NCBI GenBank assembly: GCA_965153285.1
Contig: OZ229111.1
Source: Podarcis tiliguerta
Taxonomy: Eukaryota
DNA: 64,000 nucleotides
Strand: one strand, 5' to 3'
Shown here: positions 35,894 to 47,811 of the stretch, piece by piece
How positions within the stretch are numbered: the stretch's first letter is position 1
Layout of the letters: every line of letters starts with the position of its first letter
Program-made: the position numbers and the translations under genes
Notes under the pieces: model-generated
The model's database searches: none
The model's input: the letters and a program-made list of their open reading frames with translations, nothing else
What the model was told of the DNA's origin: nothing

Positions 35894-38800
35894 TTTATAT
35901 GATCTGTTCAGACTGTCCCTTAGCAATTTGTGCTTAGGTTTCCTTTTTCCTCCCTTGAGCAGGTCATGAACATGTGAGGCCCTGAATGACAACAGCTTTA
36001 AAACATTACAAAGTGAATCCTTGCACCCATGACTATTGCCAAACATTAAATGGCAAAAGACGCATAGTCTTCAGAAATAGCCCAATAACTATTTCATGTA
36101 TTGAAGAGAAAACCCAGGTTAAAATATAAGATCAGCTGTGGACTCACTGTAAGCCTCAGTTTGATAACGTGGAAATAATAGTGGCATGCCTTCAAGATAA
36201 ATTATTTTAGCTCCAAAGTGATGTGTTAATTGCAAACAATAATAAAATATTGCTAAGTTTCCCCCTTTCTCATTATAAATTCCGCAGGGATTCTTCAGGT
36301 CAGGGGAAACTACTTAATGTCTGTTCTATTGAAATACAATTCTAAAACCGGGCATTTGAGTTGTTTTTGTACAGTGTATTATAATCGCAGGGTAATTTAG
36401 GATTCCCAGATGTCTAAATCTAGCCCTCTTATTCCACAACATGTTGGGTGTCCGTCCGGTATGGACTCTGCAGAAAAAGAGCACCATTATAAGACCTTAG
36501 CTCTGAAATTCTGTTTTGGCAGCATTACGCAATAAAGAAAACATGGCATGTCCGCAAACTGGCACTCTCTAGGCCATTCTTTGAGTGATTCATGAGGATG
36601 AATATGCATACTTTGTGTACATGTGGTAGTGGCAATGGCTATCTGTCCTAAAAATTTGCTTTGTTTTTTGGAATTGGCTTTTGTTTGTGGTTTGCACACT
36701 TCTGCTTCTGCAGGCAAGTCTTCTTAGATCTTTGTGCCAGTAGAATCCTTACAGTAATTTGATAACACAGCAGGCTTCCCATTTTACCTCCCACGTGGCC
36801 ACTTCTCATTGGTTTCTCCTTGTTTTAACATCTTGTCTTCATCAGAATGGTTTGGGGGGGGGGTGATAGTTAGCCAATGTGAATCTTTGGCTGCTGAGAC
36901 TGCTTCATCATATGTAAGCAAGTGCCATTTCCTCAATGCGAGAAATAGGGAAAGGTTTTGCACTCCTGCAGGTCTTACTGGCTCTCTGTTTGTTGGTGAT
37001 TTCTTTGAATCACAAGCCCTGTCGTGTCAATCGTTTTGTCTCTCCGTTTCCTGAGAGGCTTACGTAAATTTCAGTTTTCACTCGCCTTTCTGTTTTCAGC
37101 CTGAATAATAACATTGTTCTGCTTTTCTCCCTGTCCTGGGGGAAATAAAATTAACTTCATCACCCAGAGTGTGATAAAGAACACTTGCTGCAAGAGGTGG
37201 TATAGGGTCAGTGGGGGGAGTTGACCTTGAATTGAGGGCATACACGCCATGGATCCCTTTACCATCCCAGCTCCCGGGGGCCATCACTCTGAAACACAAA
37301 ATGCTTTTTCTTGTCTGACCTGAACGTCAGGCTGCTTCATTTTGCCCAGTGGGGCCAGGCATGAGGCCTTTATCAATATGGCATTTCATTTGCTGTACAG
37401 TATGAGAAATCCCTTTGCAACAGAAAAAGGGCATTGCATAACAAAATAATGAAAGACCAGGCATTAGAAAAGGATTATTTTAGACCTGGCACCATATCCA
37501 TCATTGAAAAGTGTGCTGCTGAATGCCAAAGGAAAGTGATATCTGTCAGCAGAGAGCTGTCAGGCTTGTATGTCACTACTTTCATTTTGGAGCTGCTGCA
37601 TAAAAAAAAAGAGGACAGGGAAATGAGATTAGCTGGCCTGGCCTCTCTCTCTAAGACCTCAACACTTTGCAGAATTTCTTGATGCTCTTGCTACTTCCTC
37701 CCGAAACAGAAGCCACGTTTTGTCTCTGTAGTCCTTTCCTATTTATCACCCTTTTGATAGCAGAGTCTTACATTACAATCTACCAAATTAAATATGAAAT
37801 ATTAATTTGTTACTGGAAACAAGAAGTATGTGGCAGCCCTCCGAGAGGAAGAAGGATGAGTTTTGCAAGTGCAGTAGGGAAACAGGACAGTTCTATTCAG
37901 CAAAGAGCTTTCCATAATGGGTTGGTGGGGAGAGGGCTGAGATGAAACAATAGTCCCTTGAAGATTGTTTTTCCTAACCTCCCACTTTAGAGCAGTAGCA
38001 CATCAGTCACTTGATAGCACTGAGAAGCATTGTGACCAGAGCTTCCTGCCTAGTCTTGTCAAATTTATCATAGGCAAAATGCATTTCATCTTTTCTAGCC
38101 TCTGTTTGGGTAAATAGGACATTAATAGTACTGTGTAGGGTTATTTAGAAAATGCCTTGGTAGGTTTCTGATCCTTCTGCACACATGACTAAACAACAAT
38201 AAGAGACTTTGGTAGAATAAATAAAATTCTGTGCTAGTCTTGCAGAATTCAAGATTTTCCACCAAGAAATCTTTGCCTTTTTCACAAACAATAAGTAGCA
38301 GGTTGTGTTCCCCCTAAACCACCAAGGTTCTGCTTGCCCAATGTCAGATTTGATTTCTTTTTTGAGCTGACTGTGAACCACAGTGAACAGTTATGCATTT
38401 CTAACAGGGCATCATGCTATTTCTGTAACTCTTGGAATCATCATAGAAAAGGTTGGCAAGGCTTTAAGGTCTGGACCATGACCCAGGAGGTCACACAAGA
38501 ACCTTGCCCTTTTTATGATTCATTATGTCCTACAGAGGAGCTTGAATGGACCAGAGAAGAATGGCACAATGTTCTCCCTTCCCCTTCAGTTCTTCCAGTA
38601 GCAGTAGATCAGTTTGACAATTCTCGGCTGCATCAAAAAGTTAGAGAGTAGCCAATAATGAAAGATCTTTCGTTGCAAAGAATTCACTTTGGAGTCAAAT
38701 GTTCCAGCTTTCTTAAGATCGTCACACTAAAGTGAAGGAAAAATCAATGCTTCACAAAGCCAAGTATAAAAAGTGCCCTCGTCCCCACTTGAGGTGACAA

Positions 38801-39526
38801 ATGGGTATTAATTTTGTCAGAAGGCTGCTTTCACAGGGACTTAATTCTCTAGCTTGCTTTATTTAAACTTGCTCACAAAATAGACCTCCAGATATAGGTA
38901 TATAAATTCAATAAATAATAATAATAAAAAGAATAAATAATAATTTAGAATCTTTCCGCTGCATTTTCACAAAAGGGAACTTTGTAAAGTACTGCTATAT
39001 GCTATTTTGAGGATTGATAATATTTGCTGTTGGTACTTTAAAGTCAAAATGTTCAACCCAATGAATGATTGCAGGAGGGATGGGGAGCCTGTCACAGCCC
39101 AGATGTTGTTGGATTCCAATTCCCATCAGTCCCACCAGTATAGCCAATGGTCAGGGACGGCAGGAGTCGTAGTAACAGGTCCTCCTCCCTGCTTTACAAG
39201 ATACACTGAGCTGTGAACAGAATGTTTCAATAGCACTCTTGCTCCTGGACTAGGTAGGTTAAATTCAGAAATATATTGGCTTAACCTTAGAATTTGGAGT
39301 GGAGATTACTGCATCAATTTGTTTATTTGCCTTCAAGACTCGAAACATTGTTCTTTGAGTAGTCCTGGAATGTTGACTTGCAGATGGGTGTCTGCTTTTC
39401 CGTTATATTATCAGGTGAATGAGATCTTCCCTGGTTTTTTGCAGTGATTCAAGTTCTTTGCTGTCAGTTATTTCACATGCACACAGTGTTCAGAGGTCTG
39501 TTTTTCCTCCATTGCCCTCTCCCTAG

Positions 39527-39644
39527 GAGTTGGTGGTTGCACTGAGTCACCTTGTGGTCCAGTATGAAAGCAATTTCTGCACTGTTGCCTTGCAGTTTAT
39601 GGAAGAAGAAAAGAACTATGCACTGCCATCACCAGCTGCTCCAG
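39527..39644 (+). CDS. RPTOR: RPTOR exon (~18), 118 nt: ELVVALSHLVVQYESNFCTVALQFMEEEKNYALPSPAAP(E)
   Basis: ccctag|GAGTTG...GCTCCAG|gtaata. Confidence 0.97.
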
Positions 39645-40928
39645 GTAATACATCATTTTCTTTATTAAAAAATTATAATAAAACTGTGGAAGGTAATTCT
39701 ATAAGGGAGGGCAGTTTATTGGCTAAATCACATATTTTTGGCAACCCTTCCCCCCCCAAAAAACTGATTTTGTGTGTGAAGGTCAAATGAGGGCTTCATA
39801 TTGGCTCCATTTACACATCATGGTAGATTAAAGATTTATTGTGGAAGGACTTCACTTCTCCCCTAGCACAAGCAGGAGCAACAAACCACAGTCCCTGCTT
39901 TAGCATTACATCCAAACGAGGAGTCATGGTTTGTTTTATTCTAAGCAAACTTTGATATGAAGCTAGGGTTTATTCTTATTGTGACATGTGGACTGGGTCA
40001 GTGTTTTCTATCGCTTCTCCTCTTCTCTTCCTTCTCTTTGTACATTCTTCTTAATTTGGGAAATACAGAAATCTGGATAAATTGTTGCTGGCCTTTTATC
40101 TCGTGAAATGTCATCTTAAATATTAAATATCCTGGATAATCTCTGGGGGCTTGGGAACCTCTCCTGTCAGATAATTTAGATGAAAATACAGTTGTCTCCC
40201 TGCAATGAGTAATTCAATAGCGCCTTTGTCTGAAAGAGTGGATTATATTAAAAAATATGAAAACCTACTCTCCCATTCCCTTGTCTTTCTTGTTGCCGTT
40301 GAATAAAATAATAACGTGTTTACTCAGGATAAATTAAAGCTGTTATGTAAATAAAATGCACAAGAAGCATCTTATCTACGGCATCAAGACCCAGCTATAT
40401 CTGGCACAGAATATCTAAAGCTTTTATACAGCACAAATGCTTCTTGGATCTCTCTTAAGGAGGAAAACAGTTGAAATGCCAGGCTCTCATAGTATACTGT
40501 AACTCCTGCAGCTAAGCATTTGGCCGGGGGCGGGAGGACCCTAAACTTTGGTTGACCTTTTGTTACAGAAAAGTTAACTAGCCTCACACCTCACCATCAC
40601 ACCCCGCCACATTCCTTTAAATTGGATTGTCATGTTAGTCCCATTAGAGTTAATGGAGCCTGCACAGCACTTGGTCAGCAAAGTCTAAAATGAACAGATA
40701 GAAACAGTAACTCAGATTTAGGTCTTGTTTGCAGGAGGATGTATTCTCCTAATGCCAAAGTAGGGTACTTGCAGTAGTTAGTTTTCGTCTCCATTTATGG
40801 ACTACCAAGGCCTAGCCCAACTTTGTATAATATTAGGCCACAATCATGCTAAAAACAGAAAGTTGTGATCCTTTTCCTGGGTGTTAGGAGAATGGGGTAG
40901 GAAATGAATAACAATATTGTCTCCATAG

Positions 40929-41069
40929 AAGGTGGAAGCCTGACTCCAGTGCGAGACAGTCCCTGCACACCAAAACTCCGTTCTGTCAGCTCCTACGGGA
41001 ATATAAGAGCAGTCACGACAGTAAGGAATTTGAATAAGTCTCTGCAGAATCTCAGTTTGAATGAAGAAT
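40929..41069 (+). CDS. RPTOR: RPTOR exon (~19), 141 nt: (E)GGSLTPVRDSPCTPKLRSVSSYGNIRAVTTVRNLNKSLQNLSLNEE(S)
   Basis: ccatag|AAGGTG...GAAGAAT|gtaagt; contains the T706 and S719/S721/S722-equivalent sites. Confidence 0.96.
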
Positions 41070-42463
41070 GTAAGTTTGCTTTTCAGGATTCTCTTATCAT
41101 TTATTCTTTGCATGCATGTATGCAAAGCTTACTCATATGATTGCTTCCAACCACAGCAATAATGAACCGACTCAGTGCCTATAAAAGTTTGGACGGCATA
41201 CCTAAGTGACGTGATGCAGGATTAGATCCGGAAAACATGAATGGAAGAGAATTCACAGAAGAGCACTTTCCCGCCTCCTCTCACTCTCCTTCCACTGCCG
41301 CCCCATGTTAAAGGCCAATTAAGAGGGTCAGGGAATCCTCCAAAACAAGGTTGGAAGGGGCGTGGGAGGTGCTGAAAGGGGACAGGGAAGTTCACATGAT
41401 GCTTCCATGTGATTTGGGATGATTTCCCTCTCCTCTAGAAATGCACCCATCACATTCTAGAGGGTCCTCTGACCCTCAGGATTAGCTTTTTGCAAGTGCA
41501 AGATGGAAGAATAGCACAGTAAGCCCCCTTCTGCTTGCAATTTCCAGTGTACTCAGTTTTTTTTTAAAGAGATATTAAACTAGCCTGTCTTTATATCTTG
41601 GGGTTGCTCTTCCCATAACTTGAGTAGTGGTTCCTAATTAGCGCTGTACTGCAGACACCCTCTTTTTCAAAAGCCAAGCCATGGACCTTTGAAAATGTTG
41701 ACATCTCTGTGGTAGTTTTGGATATGTTATTGGTGCCACCATACCCTCTAGTGCAAAACAGGGACGTGCTCACGTGTGAGTCATGTGACCAATGCAAGAG
41801 CACAGCACCAAAAAGCACATTTTTTGAGTGCTGTGCTCTTGCATGAGAGCACGGCCCCCCAAAATGGAATGTCCCAGACATCCCATTGGTGGGTATGTTG
41901 GTGGGTATGTGTGATGAACCTCCTATGTGGGCCCCCTGGGGTCTGCAGGCCACCAAGTGGGAACCACTGCTCTAGAGCAAGATTTTCCGCAGCCGCCAAT
42001 ACTGACACCATGTGGTTGATGCAATCATGCAGGAAATGAATGAAGACCTGGTGGTCAAGAAAAGGGCCTAGGAGTGAAAAAGAAGTTTACGAGGCATAAT
42101 GCCAAAAAATTGAGAGCTTTGAGCCTCAGAAATATAGGCACAGGCATTTACAGAGTACATCTCCCTTCCCAATGATGAATCTCTATATTTAATAAGATAA
42201 TTTTACAATACATCAATTTTATGATTTATGGTCATGGTGATGGATGATTAAGAAATGTTAATCATATATTGATATTTCTTGACTTTATTTCATTTACGTT
42301 CCTAAGAATTTGGGTTGGAGTCAATGACAACTTTATTGGCACATCGAGGGGTCAATGTACTCGGAAGTTTGGGAAGTCCTGCTGTACACTATACTCCAAG
42401 GAATACTGTCCTTGCACACTTGCTTCTCTCAATGTTTCTGTACTTATTCTTTGTCTTCAACAG

Positions 42464-42622
42464 CTGGGAGCTCTGTTGCCTTTTCCCCTGGGAACTTGAG
42501 CACCAGCAGCAGTGCCAGTAGCACCTTGGGCAGTCCTGAAAACGAAGAGTATATCCTGTCTTTTGAGACCATTGACAAGATGAGAAGAGTCAGCTCCTAC
42601 TCGTCACTGAATTCACTGATAG
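42464..42622 (+). CDS. RPTOR: RPTOR exon (~20), 159 nt: (S)GSSVAFSPGNLSTSSSASSTLGSPENEEYILSFETIDKMRRVSSYSSLNSLI(G)
   Basis: caacag|CTGGGA...CTGATAG|gtgagc; contains the S791/S792-equivalent motif. Confidence 0.97.
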
Positions 42623-43012
42623 GTGAGCCTGCACATTTCCAAGCCGCCTCATCTCTATTCTGCAGAGTATGGTAGGAAAGCTTTGAGGAGGAGTTCTTTG
42701 TAATGGAACATAGGCTCTTAATGTGAGTGGACAGCAACCTGACAAAAGGAGATGGGAAATTTGTTTGAAGTTTTTTGTGTGGATGCAGAACAATGACACA
42801 GCTGCATTTGTGTGTGAGAGTGTGCCAGCTTTTTGAAAGGGGATGATGCATTTTCCATGGTTAACAATCCCAGCAAAAGAACCAAATGTTGATTGGAATT
42901 TGCAGCTGCTTCCAGCGTTCTTACCTAGAAAACTGGGTGTTTATATTTGACTTTAGTTTTGATGCACTGCCTTGTTGATAGTAACACCTATGTTGGCTAA
43001 AATATACTAGAG

Positions 43013-43209
43013 CAGAGCTTTCCAAATTGTGTGTCACAACACATTAGTGTTTTGGCTGCAGTGTGTAGGTGTATTGCACAATGTGTGTCCGTATCTCTTA
43101 AAAGGCATTAGTTTAACCTCTGGTTTGCTAGTAAAACTGAATTACTATGTCGCAAAATGATGCATGTCTAGGAAGCGTGTCACCAACATGAAAAGTTTGG
43201 AAAGCTCTG
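43013..43209. mobile_element. hAT MITE
   Basis: TIRs CAGAGCTTTCCAAA / TTTGGAAAGCTCTG; perfect 8-bp TSD tactagag. Confidence 0.9.
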
Positions 43210-45513
43210 TACTAGAGAGTGGGGCTGACTGTTACTTCAGTTTCTGTTGCCCTGTTTTCTAGGGCTTATGGAGAACTCTATATGAAGCCAGTTGTATTCA
43301 TGTTTCAGTCTGAATCTGTGCATCAGTTAACTAAGTGATCCATGGAGCTTGTGCAAAGATGAGCGGGGATTGGGATGGAGACAGGATTCTTGTACCTTGC
43401 TTTCTTATTTCTCCTCCACTACCATTACAACCTTCCCTCTTACACCCACCTCACCTCATTTCCAGTCTTTGTCTGGGCAGGACAGGAAAGCACCCAACTA
43501 GAACAACTGCTCCTTTTGCATCATAATGGACATGGTTTACTCATGTTCCACAGGCATTTCCTCCACACTTAGCTTCTGTGTTTATGTGGAGGTGAAAAAG
43601 GGGAGATAGGTCAAACCACCCAGATCAGGAAAGAAAAGTGCTACTGGGTTGGCCCTGCCCTAGTTTCAGTACCTGGCATCTCCTGTTATAAGGCTGAGTT
43701 GTAAAACTTGAGGCCTTGGGAAACAATGGGCTAGATGGGCAAACAGTCTGACCCAGGTGTAAGGCTGTTTTCCATGTCTGTTTTCTTATAAGAATAGCAT
43801 GGCAGGATTACAGTGCTTTGGTTCCTGTAGGATTGTTTGTTTGTTGTAGCTAAATTACTAAGGCTTGCTATGTTAATCATCCCAGTCCCAAGACTAAAGT
43901 AATGTAGATTTTTAAGGAAGAGTGAATTGGTCGGATATTAAACTCACACAGACCGTTCCAGAGCATAAAGCACAATATTGCTCCTAGACTATGATTCTAA
44001 CTAATCATCGATTGCATTGAGATGATGACAAATGGTCACACAGCCATTGAAATTTGGCTACATGATAACATTGCAAAGCCAAGTAAGCGAGGACAGGAAA
44101 TATTTCCATTGCCTTTGTGCTTATTTGGAGCCCTGCCCGCTGAAAAGGCATAGTTTTTGAAGGGGGATAAGAGTTTCTCTAAAAAGTGCCCCCCCCCACT
44201 TTAGCTCAGCCCCGTAAAATGGCCCACTGTTTCAGTTCCTGTGGGTATTTCTCCATAGTCTTCTGCTAATGTAAAGAGGTGCATATTTTGTTATTTACAT
44301 GTGTCTTAAAAGAGTTTTAGAGCACAGCTGAAAAACATAGCCCAGGAATGAGATGAGTGAGAGCATCTTGAAGCACAAAAGCAGCTCTCTAGTGCCTTCC
44401 TCATTCATATTCAGACAGGAACAGCTCATATCCAGCTGTAAACGACATAGCTTATGGAAGTGTTTAAAATTCATAACTTACACGGAATCCCATTACTTTC
44501 AGCACTTACCTCTTTAAGGCCAGGGTTTTTCTTCTTCCTCCATGATTTCTTTTTTCTCCTCCTTCCTTTTTCAAATGCATCTTCCAGCCTTGCCTCTGCT
44601 GCATCCTAAAGGAAATGGTAAAAAAAAAAAAAAGGAAACCTGAACTTGGTCCATAGGTTTGCGCTTGAGTTGACCTGAATGGCAGATTATGTAAACTTTC
44701 GGAATCTTGTCAACTCCAACCCATTCTCTCCTGTTTAAATTTCTTCTCAATTACACTGGGCAGGAGGGGGATAACCTGTTCAGGACCAAAGGCCACAATA
44801 AGAATTTCATGAGCTAGATGGACTCAGACCACTTACACATAATTGACACTAACATTGTAAGATTATTATGGATTTCTAGGCAATGAAAAGTTGCACTTTC
44901 TTTGTGACACCATTTGTGTAGTTGGCAGTGTACTGTTTAGGGTAGACTATGAGCTCATTTTGGGTGATGAACAAGGTCTAGAGGAGACTGGCTTGGGATA
45001 TGAGGCAGTATTGAGAAGCAAGAAGCAAGCATAGACTCCTGGGTATCTGTGGCTGGATCAGGTTGTTCACAGTACCCAATAGCTCCCTAGGCAAACTCCC
45101 AGGGAAGAGGGATGTTGTCTAACAAGAGTCTTAGCCCATCGAAATAGGCCCAAGCTCTAACCTCTTAACGGAGGGCAAGTAACTTGGAGCATGGCACTCC
45201 ATTGTTGTCAAGTGGGCTTCCAGGTATGTTATCTCTGTTGAGAGCCTTAATGGAAGTGAAGGTTATGGGTGGTTGGTGCGGTGATGGAGTTTTGGATCCT
45301 TTCTTGAGATGGGCCAGTGTTTGGCTCTGTATAGGGCACCTTCATGGATTCAGTTAGCTTTTTTTAGCTCATGGCAAGTAGCTGACTAGCCTAGACTAAT
45401 TCTCAGGTCAGCCGTAGAGTCCTTTCAGCATATGAAGAGTGGGGAAAGGCAATATTGAACAAGTAATAATTTATGCATAGAGAGGGGCAGGATGGAGATA
45501 AAAGCATGTGAGG

Positions 45514-45727
45514 AATGGCTCCATAGCTCCATAGTAAAGCACATGGTTTGCATGCATCTGTTCTCAGGTTTCTTCCCTGGCATCTCCGGTTCAAAGCGTC
45601 TCAGGCAAAAAGACTGAGAAAGCCCTCTACCCGAGACCTCAGTGAACCGCTGCCATGCAAAGTAGACAATACTGGGTTAGACAGAGCGGTAGTCTTCTGA
45701 CTCCATATAAGGAAGTTTCATATGTTC
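45514..45727 (+). mobile_element. tRNA-derived SINE (Squam3-like)
   Basis: ccatagctc..tttgcatgca..ggcatctcc..gtagacaatactggg. Confidence 0.65.
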
Positions 45728-46769
45728 AAAGCCTTTTGATGCTTTCGTGCATGGGGCCTTTTCTCTCAGTTGCAATCTGTTTATTATCATTTCTTAATAT
45801 GCACCTTTTGTTATGCTGCTAAATGTGAAATTTATTGTTATTTCATAGCAGTTGGTGGGGTGGGGTGAATCCAACCCTCCTGACCCTGACATCACAGCTG
45901 AATGCTGCAACGAATTAGAATTTTGCAACAGTCTGCTGTAAAATAAATATCCTTAGAATTATATAATTCTGAGCTCAGGAACTTATTTAGAGCCCCAGAA
46001 CTGAACTGAGCTCACAATAAATCTACACCAAAATCAATTTTGGTTACACCCACACCCACCCACACAGACACACACCCCTTTCCAGCTTTCTTCATTCTTT
46101 CAACATAGTTTAAGGGCAAGGAGTCAATTTGTTGTCATCTTTGTAAAACAGCTGGGGGTCAGAAATCTGTGTTGATCTACTTCAAATCACACAGTGATCT
46201 ACCATTAGATCCTGATCTGTCTTCTGCTCACCCTGTTCTAGCACAATAGGCATAAATTCGCTTCTCCTCTGGAAATGCATGCATTTTAACAATCCTCTCC
46301 CCCACCCCACTTCCAGTCTATGTGAGGCCATAGCACTCCCATAAGTGGGTCAGGCTGAGGCATTTTGCTTCTCTAGAACACTGCAACTCCACCAAATTTT
46401 GTGCTTAGGTCTACCTTTTGCTACATATCCAAATGATATCTGAATCCCATTTTTAGCCCTTTCTCATCTTGAACATACTGTATTTGTGCTTTTATGCTAA
46501 TGCAATTATCCAAGCAAAATGTGGTTTGCCTTGGAAATGAGTTTTCTGAAACCTCCAGGATCCATCAAGCCTGGGGTTTGCCTGATTTGATGGGGAAACG
46601 GGAGTTATAAGCAGTGTACTTAGGAATCCACCTATACATACTGCTATTTACAGAATAATGTAACTGTTCAGAGAGTGAAGTTATGGTCTTTGTAGGGCTA
46701 GGATAAGAAAAGGTAAAACATGAGATGCAAAGGAGAGGAAAGATAACATTTATTACATTTTATTATTAT

Positions 46770-46985
46770 TATTACATTTATATCTTGCTGTTCTTCCAAT
46801 GAGCTCAAGTCAGTATCCACTGTCCAGTTTCCTTCTTCTGCTTTTTAACCTCACACAACATTCCATTAAAGGTTTATAACACTAAGAGAGAGTGACTGGC
46901 CCAGGGAGCTTTATGGCTGTGCAGAGATTTTAATTCTGGTCTCCCTGGTCCTAGTGTGGCACTTTAGCAACTACAGCACACTGGT
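46770..46985 (-). mobile_element. MIR/CORE-like SINE
   Basis: Reverse-complement similarity to the 11005 copy. Confidence 0.5.
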
Positions 46986-47695
46986 TAGGCTTAAGAAAAA
47001 GTGGGGAACTTTTCAAAAATGATGTGTGTTGCCACAAGCATGCATATTTAGATTGCTTTTCTCATATGCAGATTTAACAAGTCATTTGTGCTCTCATTTT
47101 AAGGCAGATGAAATGTCGGGTGTATCACCCAATTAAACAAATCTTAGTAAATTAATTGTATGCACTTTAGGTGGCATAAATGGGAGTACCCCGTCAAAGA
47201 TGGCACTTGCTATCAGCAGGTTTTACATTTGCACTTAAAAATAAAATAAGTTAAATAAATAAATGTGCTGGTTGATTGGTCAGGACACCATTTTCATAAA
47301 TAATAAAAAATTGGCTAATCATTTAATTCACTAAATGTTGCAGTCCTACTTGAATTGCCTGCCATGTTGGCAAAATATGCATGATATAAAAGAGCAAATT
47401 AGTTAACACAACAAAATAGTAAAAGAAATAATAGCTGGTAGATTTTTATAAAATTTATTTTACATATGTCATATGGCTATTCACTCTCACTGAATCCCAT
47501 GCACCATAACTATCAATAAGCTCTGGTTTTTATCTTTGCCAGCTTCCCACCATCTCTAGTTTTCCCTGTGGCCTTTCCCAGTTTTACCAGGGGTATGTGT
47601 AGAGGAGGTAAACTGGCATCTGAAAAGGTTCTCACTTTGTTCCTGATGACACAGTTGTGTTGCCAGGAATGCTGGGATCTGTAGCTCTTAATTCC

Positions 47696-47811
47696 TTAAG
47701 CAGAGGCTTGACAACCATATGTCAGGAGTGCTCTGATGGTGTTTCCTGCTTGGCAGGGGGTTGGACTCGATGGCCCTTGTGGTCTCTTCCAACTCTATGA
47801 TTCTATGATTC
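47696..47811 (+). mobile_element. CR1 LINE 3' end
   Basis: GGGGGTTGGACTCGATGGCC..TTCCAACTCTATGATTCTATGATTC tail. Confidence 0.88.
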
